Below are positions 53,338 through 64,000 of a DNA stretch of 64,000 nucleotides, piece by piece. Location: NCBI GenBank assembly GCA_951406725.2, contig OX597821.1, positions 83,514,001-83,578,000 on the forward strand. The letters are read 5' to 3'. Origin of the DNA: Octopus vulgaris (taxonomy: Eukaryota). The translations under genes were made by a program, and so were the position numbers. Within the stretch, counting starts at the first letter, position 1. Each line of letters opens with the position of its first letter. The notes below the pieces were generated by a model, which searched no databases, was not told the origin of the DNA, and worked only from the letters and a program-made list of their open reading frames with translations.

Positions 53338-56300
53338 AATATATTTGCACATACACACACACACGCATACATATGTATACATGTATATGTATGTATAGTC
53401 ATGTACATGTGTATGTATATGTGAATGGATTCAGTGAATATAAATGTGTGTATAGTGTTCTCTATGCACATTTGTGTGTGATTAATGTTGTGAAGTGGTG
53501 TTTATATCACTTAACTTTCTATGTGTACTTATTGAATGCCTGCATATATTTTATATATATACACACATAGATATATATATACACACACACATATAAATAT
53601 GTGTGTGAGTATATATATAGATGTACGCATATATATATATATATATGTGATGAATGAATGACTACATGAAAGAATTTGTATATGTGAGGTTCATACATAT
53701 ATATATATGCATATATATATATATATGCATATATATATATATATATGCATATATATTTGTGTATATGTATGTTTATTAAGTTTGTGTATTTGTATGAATA
53801 TTTGTTTATAGGTGTTTAGTAATGCGTATTTATCACTAACTACAAAATAGGTATTGTGCAGAAAAATGCATGTCTCAACGCAAGAACATAGCTGCAGTTA
53901 CATATGTATGTATATAAGTGGTTATATTTTATGCAAACAATAGAAATATGTACACATTTTTTTTACATGTGCATTTATTTATACTTATGGTATGTATGTA
54001 TGATGTTGTTTACACTAACGCAGTCCACATACAAGGGGGAGTGTTCTCATCTCAGTCATGGAAATCAGGTTAAGCTCCAGCAATATGGGTCCTAGAGCAC
54101 ATGACTGACCTAAGACCTCAGACAGTATTGAACCAGAAGACCTATGATTGAAAGCATTCCAGCCATAGCCATCCTGACTTTTTGTAAATTAGGGAAATAC
54201 ATTCTTTATTGTAACCTTCATTATTCATGACACTAATGAAGTGATTTGTGGGTTAATTTGGCCAAGATTTCCAAAAAGCTCAACTGACCATATGCTACAG
54301 GCTCCCTCACTGATCCAAATGTACTAGATTTATTTGCCTTATGTGTATTTATGAAAGCAATATGAAGAATGTACATGAACATATGTTTATAATGTGCATT
54401 ACATTTGCATATATGCATGGAATTGCATATATACATGTTTGTATAACACACGTAAATGCAAATGTGCTCTTATAAATACATATTTAACAATTTTTTGAGA
54501 AAGAATTCTTGATATAGTCACAGTATTTGAAGAAAGATTTTCTTATATCAAAAATTATAAATTATAGAGAAATCTTAAAAAACAGAATGTGTAAGACATA
54601 TTTTTGAAGATTTTTTAAAGATAATTAATAATTTTAAATTTAGGGAAATCTTTCTTCACACACACATGCACACACACACACACACACTCATATATATGTG
54701 TAAAATTTTACTGAAACTATAAAACCTTACAAATTGTTGCTTTGAGTTTCACATTACCAATCTTTGGAAGAAACTGATTGAACTGGAAAAACACAAGAGG
54801 TGCATCATCTCTCAGAGTAATGAATTATATTCAATTTCAACAAAATTTGATATTTCACTCTACCTTATCTCCATTTAGTTTTGCAGTTATGTGCTTGAAC
54901 CTATATACCATACATATATATAAATATAGATATACATAAATATATAATAATCATCATTTTAACAACCACTTTTCTGTAATTGCCTGTTTCCAAATAAGGT
55001 AATATTTCCCCTTTTTATATCAATGATCAAGTATGTTTCCACAGAAGATTGTTAACAAATAAAGCCATGATAGCTGTTTACAATCAGTGCATTTTGCATA
55101 ATGTCAAAACAAGGAGGTACACACACACAATGTGTTTTTTTCAGTTTCTGTCAATCAAAGTCACTCACAAGACTTTGGTCAGCCAAGGTAGAAGATGCTT
55201 TCTCAAGGTGCCATGTGGTGGGACTGAACCTGATACTACAGGCTTTCAAAGTGAACTTAACCACATAGTCATGCCTGCACCTATATGCATACTAGCTGGG
55301 GTACCTGGTAATACCCAGGAGCAGGGATATTCCTAGTACCCATTAAAATGCCTAATTTCTCTCAGACGGAAAATGAAATCAAGACATAGGACAGATAATA
55401 GAAGGTGTAAGCAAATTCATTCACGAAACAATAATACAAATAAATATGTGTGGAATCGGAAAATGACAATCGTTTAATCAGATGAGTAGAAAGCTGCAAA
55501 TATATAATCAATGGAAACATCAAGAAGGGAATTGTAAAGGAGTGCTATGAAAAAAGGAACATATAAGTTTGAAAAGTAAACAAATAATTATTTAGAGAAA
55601 AGGCACTTAATTTGACGACTGTGTTTCATGGTTATAGTTCCACTGATCGTGAGAATCAAGCACCTTGGGCAAGTGTCTTCTACTAGAGCCTTGGGCTGGC
55701 CAAGGTCTTGCGAATGGATTTGGTAGATGGAAACTGAAAGAAGCTGGTCATGTATGTGTGTGTCTGTGTGACTTTGTGCCTGTGTTTATCCCCCACCATT
55801 GTTTGACAACTGGTGTTGGTGTGTTTATGTCCCTATAACTTGGAGGTTCAACAAAAGAGAGTGATAGAATAAGCACCAAGCTGAAAACTAAAGAAATAAG
55901 CACTGGGGTTGATTCATTCAAATAAAAATTCTCCAAGACGGGTGACCCAGCATGGCCACAGCCTACTTACTGAACCATGTAAAAGATAAATACAAATTAG
56001 AATTCATTTTGACAGTTACTCTATGAACCTTCGTGTGTGCGTATGTGTGAGTGCGTGTGTGTGCGCGTTTAGAATTTAGTCAATTAGTATATCATCCTAA
56101 TGTAAGATAAAGTATTTGGTAAAACAGCGCACCAATTCCGGAAGAGTGGAGTAGCTGAAGAAGCAGGAACCTTGAAGATGGAAGGGAGTGGGTGGTGATG
56201 AAAGGAAATAGACAAATAGAGAATGTCAGGAGATAGGAAGGAGAAAGAAATTGTAGAATGTCTCTTAAAAGTCATTTCAAATGCCATAAGCATCGATGTA

Positions 56301-58639
56301 GACCTAGCTTATCCAAAACTTTGTGGTAACTCAAGTTATAAAGGAATTACACTCAAAGTGAAACAGTAGAATACTAAGTCTGCTAGAGATGGTCTACATT
56401 AGCAAATAGCAAGTATAAAAACGTTTAAGTGGAAAAGTGCAAATTCTCTCCTATCTAGCAAGCACCTTGAAACTGGAGAATTTCTGGACAGTCAAATTCT
56501 CTCTGGATATCTGATCATCACTTTTTAAATTACTATCAGCACCTTAGAAAACTCACTAAAACTTTGTAAATATATATATCAATATTATCATTAATATTTT
56601 GAATATAGTAAGGCGACAAACTTTCCATGCCAGGCAAAATGCTTCACAGTATTTCATCGATCCTTACATTCTGAGTTCACATTCTGCCAATGTAGATTTT
56701 GCCTTTCATTCGTTTGGGGTCAATAAAATAAGTACCAGTTGTGCATTGGGGTTGATGTAATTGACTTACCCCCTCCCTTGAAATTTCTGGCCTGTGCCGT
56801 TATTTGAAACCAATATTCTGAATATAGTAGAAATGAGAGAAATGGAAGGAAATAAAAAATATAATTTAAGTAAAGGACAAGTTTTATTAACCTAATAAAA
56901 GGCAGGTATTGTAGATGCAATAAAAATAAAATACTGCTCCATACTTCGAGAAGCAGTGATCTATTTTAGACACAGGAGAAACTTTCATTCTTTTATTAAC
57001 AATTCATTAATTAGCACAAATTAGCACAAATTCTCTTGGCTCTCATTAACAACACATTTTCTTTTCTTTTTTTTTTTCTGGGTGCTGGTTATTTGAGTGC
57101 CAGATAAGAGGGAGTTAACCATATATCAATTTTGATGTGAGGAAAAGGATAGATCTGTTTTGTTTTATATTTCCATTGTGATGGTGGTGGTGGTGGTGGA
57201 TACTTTTTGTTGGAAAGAGCTTTACTAGTAGGGTTGAATAAAAACACTAGAAACAGTTATTTCAATCTATCTCTCTTTGATGAAAAACATTTCATGGCCA
57301 AATAATTTGTTCCTCTCTTTGAACATTTTGAACTCATACTCAAGGCCAGTTCATTTTTCAGTTTGGTTAACAGGTGAAATATAAATTATAGATCACCAGA
57401 GATTCCCTCACTAGCCAGAAAAAAAAATTCTATGAAAGCAAACAACTTTGGTACAAGGGCAAATGTGGGTGAAGAGTTGTTAAAGATTTAATTCAGAGTA
57501 TGGTAAAGGAATATGAAAATTTGTTTTTTTGTAGCTTCCAGGAATTGTTTTATTTACTTTTTTACAGCATTTTTTTTCTTTTTCACATAAATTTCCATTC
57601 TAGCACAGACAGCAATAATAGTTTAAGTTTTACAAAATCATATTATAGTAGGTTCTGTTAACAAAATGTTTTATATCTTTTTCTTTCTCTTTCTCTCTCT
57701 CTCTCTTTCTCTATCTCACACACACACACACAAACACATACATAAATGCACACACACACACACAAATGCTCACACATACACATACACACGCACGTTCACA
57801 CACACACACGCGCGCACAAATACACAAAGAAACATCAAATACGACAGTAAACCGTAAATACAACCATATGTTCAACTAACACTTAATTATTATGCAATTA
57901 GATGCCCTTACTAACACAAATTATTATCCTAATCTCCACAGACATCATAAGGAACAATAACAGTAATAAACTGATTGTGTGCATCTGAAGGTTATTTAAT
58001 TCTTGCTTTCCATCACTCTCTTTCCTTAAAAGGACAATTTACATCAGATTCCTTACAGTTCCACTACAGTTCTTCTATAGACTGTTCTTCTGTACATCTA
58101 GCAATTTATACACACTGTAGGAGTGCTTTAGTGCACCAAATGCTATTCAATCCATTATTTTCATTCTTCTACAGTACCCACAATGTGGAGGCACATGGTT
58201 TAGTGGTTATGGTGTAAAGCTCGTGATTGTAAGATTGTGGTTTCAATTCCTGGACTGGATCATGTGTTTTGTTCTTGAGCAAGACACTTCATTTCACATT
58301 GCTCCAGTCCACTCAGCTGGTAAAAATGGGTAACCCTGTGACAGACTGGCATTTCGTCCAAGGAAGAACATACACACCAGGGAAACTGGGAAACTAGCGC
58401 TGAGCTCCTTACAGAATGATGTGGACTAACCCACAATATCCATAAAAGCTCCACATGAAAGTAAAACTTAACACTTATCCGTGAGTTTTTTTTCTTTTTT
58501 ATTGAGCAAGTTGATCAAATGAATAGCGATTATTGATAATCAACTGAAATCAATATTCACTCAATTACACCTGTTCCTTAAGTGTAAACTGAAACTGTGC
58601 TCAATCAGATGTAGACAATATTTGAAATATCACCAGTAG

Positions 58640-59048
58640 CCACAAGCATGGCTGTGTGGTTAAGAAGCTTGCTTCACAACTATGTGGTTTCAGGTTCAGT
58701 TCCACTGCATGGCACCTTGGGTAATTTTCTTCCACAATAGCCCCCAGGCTAACCAATACTGTGTGGATGAATTTGTGGATTTGGGAGACAGAAAGACCAT
58801 TATGTGTGTATATATATTGTATTGTCATATTTTGGGATACTCTTGTACTCGGTTCAGTCATTTGACTGTGGCCATGCTGGGGCACCACTTTTAGTCAAAT
58901 AAATCGCCTCCAGGACTTAGTCTTTGGAAGCCTAGTACTTATTCTATCGGCCACTTTTTGCTGAACCACTAACTGACAGGGACATAAACACACCAACATC
59001 AGTTGTCAAGTGATAATAGAGGTACAAACACAGACACAAACAACAAAC

Positions 59049-59079
<31 letters not shown>

Positions 59080-59235
59080 CAATGGGCTTCTTTCAGCTTC
59101 TGTCAACCAAATCCACTCACAAAGCTTCAATCGGCCCGAGGATATAGTAGAAGTTTCTTGCCCAAGGTGCCATGCAGTGGGACTGAACTCAGAATCATGT
59201 GGTTGGGAAGCAAGCTTCTTACCACACAGCCACGG
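58640..59235. mobile_element. Converging SINE family B copies (58640-58800 +, 58841-59235 -)
   Basis: Family B head motifs on both strands. Confidence 0.75.
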
Positions 59236-59256
59236 ATGTTTTTTCTTTTTTTTTAT

Positions 59257-59514
59257 GTGCCAAATAAACATGCACTCTATATTTGTCCTTCACTTCAGCT
59301 TTATTATTGTGCTTATTTTAATGTCCTTTGTCTGAAATTTTTCATCAAACATCTTGTGACCTCTTCAGTGAATGGAGGAGAGACATGGAATGTAGAATCA
59401 CCGAAGAGGTCACAGGATGTGTGACGAAAGATTTTAGATAAATCACAATAAAATAAAAACAATAATAAAGCTGAGGTGAAGAACGAATACACAGAGCGTG
59501 TGTTTATTCGGCAC
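59257..59514. repeat. Older inverted repeat of the same family as 48590 (about 117-bp arms)
   Basis: Arms 59257-59373 and 59397-59514; C(T/C)GAAGA g gtcac...gtgac GAAA in the arms; flank 59520-59590 homologous to 48503-48575. Confidence 0.85.
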
Positions 59515-59821
59515 AAAAAAAAATGATCATCCCAAAATATAACAATATTTGTTTCAATACGTGATTTCACATCAGGAATCTTGCAAAACAAATATGTGTG
59601 CATGTGTTTATGTTGTCCTCTCCACAAACTACTTGATAACCACTGTTAGTTTGTTTACATCCCCATAAATTAGCAGTTTGGTGAAAAAGACCAATAGAAT
59701 AAAGTACCAGACTTTAAAAAAATGAGTACTGGGGATTAAATCTTGCAAGGCGATGCTCCAGATGGAAACTGTGAGAAGCTCACTATATGTGTGTGCATGT
59801 GTGTGTGTGTGTGCATGTATG

Positions 59822-59857
<36 letters not shown>

Positions 59858-59864
59858 AATCTTG

Positions 59865-60195
59865 TGTTGGTGGCACATAAAAAGCAGCATCCAAACGTGG
59901 TTGATGCCAGCTCCCTCACCCCAACTGGCCCCTGTGCTGGTGGCAATAAAAAGCACCATCCAAACGTGGTCGATGCCAGTCCTCTCACCCCGTCTGATTC
60001 CTGTGCCAGTGGCACATAAAAAGCACTCACTACACTCTTGGAGTGGTTGGTGTTAGGAAGGGCATCCAGCTGTAAAAAGATTGCCAGATCTGATTGGAGC
60101 CTTGTGTAGCCTCCTGGCTTGCCAGACCCTAGTCAAACCATCCAACCTATGCAAGCATGGAGGGCGGATGTTAAACAATGATGATGATGATGATG
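59865..60195 (+). mobile_element. Retroposon family A copy with about 69-bp internal repeats and (GAT)n tail
   Basis: gtggcacataaaaagc...x3, ggtgttaggaagggcatccagctgtaaaa, gcatggagggcggatgttaaacaatgatgatg. Confidence 0.75.
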
Positions 60196-60411
60196 AAAGG
60201 AACATTTGTCTTTGTGCTTGTCCCCCACCAACACTTGGCAACTGGTGTTGGTTTATTTACCTCCTTCTAACATAGCAATTCAGCCAAAAGTGACTGATAT
60301 AATATGCACCAGACTTTAAACAAAAGAAAAAAAAGTTCTGATGTCAATTTGTTCAACTAAACCTTTCAAGACAGTGCCCCAGCATGACCACAATCTAATG
60401 ACAACAACAAG

Positions 60412-60418
60412 TAATAAG

Positions 60419-60453
<35 letters not shown>

Positions 60454-60456
60454 TAT

Positions 60457-60548
<92 letters not shown>
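60412..60548. repeat. (AAT)n microsatellite
   Basis: Directly visible; similar arrays at 45797-45888 and 46845-46902. Confidence 0.97.
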
Positions 60549-60551
<3 letters not shown>

Positions 60552-60612
60552 GATATCCTTTCCCCTTCTTTTGAGATTGATATTAGAGTACATATAATAA
60601 TGGTGTGCAGTG

Positions 60613-60645
<33 letters not shown>

Positions 60646-61129
60646 GATGGCACATTTTCTTTATAACAATAATTCTGCTCATGTAATATCCTGATATAAA
60701 TCTGGTTGTAAATTCATTTTCAGGTCTAATAATACACACTCAGAAACAAAGACTGCATCAGATTGAAAATGATTTATTATATACAGACATGGGCGAAAGT
60801 TTATTTTCAAATAACACTTATGCCAGGGCAGCAGGTTTAGCATGGTTGCACTCCTCATGGCAACACCATACACTACTGGTTGATATAATTGGTTAAAACC
60901 TTGAAGGTTGCGCTCCTGTATAGTTGTAATCCAATGACGGGAATCAGTGAAAGAGCCACAGCATGTGTGTGTGTGTGATAAAACCCGGTAACTGTTTCTA
61001 TAAGCTAGTTAAATTCTCATGGCCTATTGTACCCAGGTAAAGTGAATGCATAAAGCTTGTTCTGGTAAATTCATTTGTGTTTTGTTATCTTACAATGACT
61101 AGTCCTAGATACATTATAATGACCAAATC

Positions 61130-61189
<60 letters not shown>

Positions 61190-61195
<6 letters not shown>

Positions 61196-61525
61196 AGGTG
61201 TATGACCTGGTGGTTAATGCATTTGGTTCATGATCGTAACACAAGGTCATGAGATCAATTCCCAGCAGTGTGTTGTGTCCTTGAGCAAGACACTTTATAT
61301 TACATTGCTCCAGTCCACTCAGCTGGCAAAAATGAGCAGTACCTGTAATTCAAAGGGTCAGCCTTGTCACATTCTGTGTCACACTCCTGGATCTTCCTGA
61401 GACTTATCTTATGGGTGTGTGTGTCTGTGGAGTACTCGGCCACTTGCATGTTAATTTCATAAGCAGGCTGTTCTGTGATCGGATCAACTGGAACCCTTGT
61501 CATCATAAGCCACTAAGTGCCAAAA
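61190..61525 (+). mobile_element. tRNA-headed SINE family E
   Basis: Central tgtgtccttgagcaagacactt...ccagtccactcagctgg; relatives at 58185-58400 (+) and 29575-29810 (-). Confidence 0.65.
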
Positions 61526-61595
61526 GTGAAGTATATAGATATATATTGAAAGATATTGTTATAGGTATAAAAATACCATAAACAATAATAGAAAA

Positions 61596-61747
61596 ATGGA
61601 GCAGAAAAAGATGTTGAATCAAAATTAGATTTAATACAAAATAGGATTCAATACATATGCGCATTTCAAAGGACAATACAAATATGTAAGAAAAAAATTA
61701 TAACCATAGTGGATTTGGTAGACGGAAACTGAAAGAAGCCCATCGTA

Positions 61748-61793
<46 letters not shown>

Positions 61794-62631
61794 TGTGTGT
61801 GTTTGTGTGTCTGTGTTTGTCCCCCTAGCATTGCTTGACAACCGATGCTGGTGTGTTTATGTCTCCGTTACTTAGCGGTTCGGCAAAAGAGACCGATAGA
61901 ATAAGTACTGGGCTCACAAGAGAATAAGTCCCGGGACGAGTTGCTCGATTAAAGGCGGTGCTCCAGCATGGCCGCAGTCAGATGACTGAAACAAGTAAAA
62001 GAGTAAAAGAGTAATAGTAGTTATAATTAAATTTATGCATTGTCATTTTTATCAGTGTGAAGAATTTTTGTAAGGACATCAAAAAAAGGTTTAAAAAAAT
62101 AAAGTAAATTAAAATAAGATACAATAAGGGAGGATACAAATGGGGTAATAGGGGGGAAAAATTTGATATTTGCAAGCAAGTTTTAAAAGGGAAAAAGTAA
62201 CAGTAATAATAATAGTAAGAGAGACCAAAAGTGTGGGGGTGGGGAGACAGATACATCAATGTATATGCACGTCTATATGTGAGGTAAAACTATAACATAA
62301 AAATAAGAATGAAAGCTTAACAGGTATGTTGGTATGTTTAAAACAATGGTAACAGGTTGAGACAAAGTATAATAAACAGGGCCAGTAGAATAGTAGAATA
62401 TAATGTAAATAGTAGAATATAATGTAATGTGAATAGTAGAATATAATGTAACAGGTGGACTAGTAGAAAATTCTTCACACTGATAAAAATGACAATGCAT
62501 AAATTTAATTATAATTACTATGGTTATAACTTTTTTCTTACATATTTGTATTGTCCTTTGAAACGTGCATATGTATTGAATCCTATTTTGTATTAAATCT
62601 AATTTTGATTCAACATCTTTTTCTCCTCCAT
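61596..62631. repeat. Inverted repeat (about 165-bp arms, 400-bp spacer), left arm interrupted by a SINE
   Basis: 61596-61710 plus 62019-62068 is the reverse complement of 62467-62631. Confidence 0.9.
61711..62013 (+). mobile_element. 5'-truncated SINE family B with 5-bp target-site duplication (atagt)
   Basis: atagt at 61706-61710 and 62014-62018; empty site visible in the opposite arm of the inverted repeat. Confidence 0.85.
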
Positions 62632-64000
62632 ATATATATTTTTTATATATATATATATATATCGTTGCTATTATGTCAAACCGTCGTATGTCCAAATTTG
62701 GCCAAATGCGTTTTTTCAAATATATATTTTTGCTTGCAATAAGCTGGTTCTTTTGGTCAAACTATTGTATCTCCAATTGCTTCAGATACCAAGATAGAAA
62801 AAACTATCAAAGTGTAGTAGAATGGCTTTGCCATGGAATGGTGAAAATATTTTTATGCTTTCTGAAAAAGCTAAGTTTTGGACTTTCAACACTTTTGCAT
62901 AATAGCAATAATATATATACTCTATGATAGCTGTCGACTTGCTGATCGAAAATATGGCCATCACTGGTGACTAGAAAACATACTGTCAGTAATGTCAGTA
63001 TGAAATTTAAAACAGAAACAGCTTGCACAACTCTCACTATTAAAGCCAAAGAACCTACAGACAAGCCAAAACAAGATCTTTATTTAGCAATGTTAAAAAG
63101 TTTCATAACCTTCTTCAAGAGACATGCAAAAATAAAGGTTAAGAGGTGCCTCTCTCACTCCCAGTGGCCTTAAACTCAGTAGAAACCAGCTTGGAATTTC
63201 TAAGTCTTTTTACTTATTGTTTTATTTCTTTCTATATATATATATATATGCATAAACATACATACATACAATAGAGGCGGAGACAAGTAAACAGATGTAA
63301 AAAATATACCAAATTAACTATTCCAATGCTTTGTACATTTATGTTGGTCTTTTCTTTTTCTTTTTGTTGCTACAATTAACTGTATGAGTATGAAGTTGTG
63401 ATGGTAATCAGAGTTTCCTCCAGGCTTAGTGCCATCTATGTGAGTTTCAAGGAAGGTATGGAGATTTTTGTGTGGGAAGGGGTGGGGGTGGGGTTCTATG
63501 GTGAATGGAAAAATTCATCTGGATGTTGACATTGATAAGAATATCTAACAGTAAAAGCCTTCGCTTCAGCACTTTATGCAAATTTGGAGAAGGATCCAGC
63601 AGCTGCCTGAACAGTGTTTTACATTCAGCTTTCTAACTAAAACTTTACAAACATCATGGCTTAGAATTGAAGAATTTCAAATATAAAATGATTTCCTCCA
63701 CATAAAAATATGTCTTAATCATCTTCCACTGATACAAAACCAAATTTATTACTCTTAAGTATAGGCTGTTATTTTCTCTACTAAATATTCTGAAAACCAG
63801 CGAATTTGTGATAATTTGCATATTCATATGCATAGTTTTGTGATCGACGAAATATGGTTGAACATTCATGAATTTGTTTCATTAATAATACATGCAGCCA
63901 GCCTGGTCTTTCATTCAATTTAAGGATACAACATCCTTCTTTCTAACGACCAACCATGCGACGATGGCTTTCAGTAAACACACACCATAAGCAAGCTCCC

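Noticed and set aside
55610-55660. GAAAC-aca-GTC hammerhead half on the minus strand
   Set aside because: 5' core (ctcacga) and stems too decayed to support

Overview
AT-rich, repeat-saturated animal genomic DNA, most likely an octopus. That call rests on recognising the SINE families and the dense TA/CA/CATA/TAA microsatellites, not on a database search. No intact protein-coding gene is supportable, and almost all listed ORFs are microsatellite or SINE translations. Contents: a full-length but dead 1.29-kb mariner (31367-32657); two decayed Tigger/pogo elements; 3' fragments of RTE, CR1-like and R4/Dong non-LTR retrotransposons, the last clustered in (TAA)n arrays; and more than 30 copies of several tRNA-headed SINE families. 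The main unexplained structure is a set of hammerhead-ribozyme (HHR) motifs in non-coding repeats. Two are near-canonical type I HHRs (20650-20737 +, with a loop II/3'-tail pseudoknot; 14729-14825 -) and one is a minimal HHR (36901-36935 -). Three or four long palindromic elements (48590-48924, 59257-59514, 61596-62631, possibly 40001-40139) carry an outward-reading HHR or HHR half in each arm, resembling inverted pseudo-LTRs of Penelope-like retroelements. A CpG-retaining block (about 6.6-27.3 kb) lies between CpG-depleted flanks. Boundaries of old repeats are approximate.
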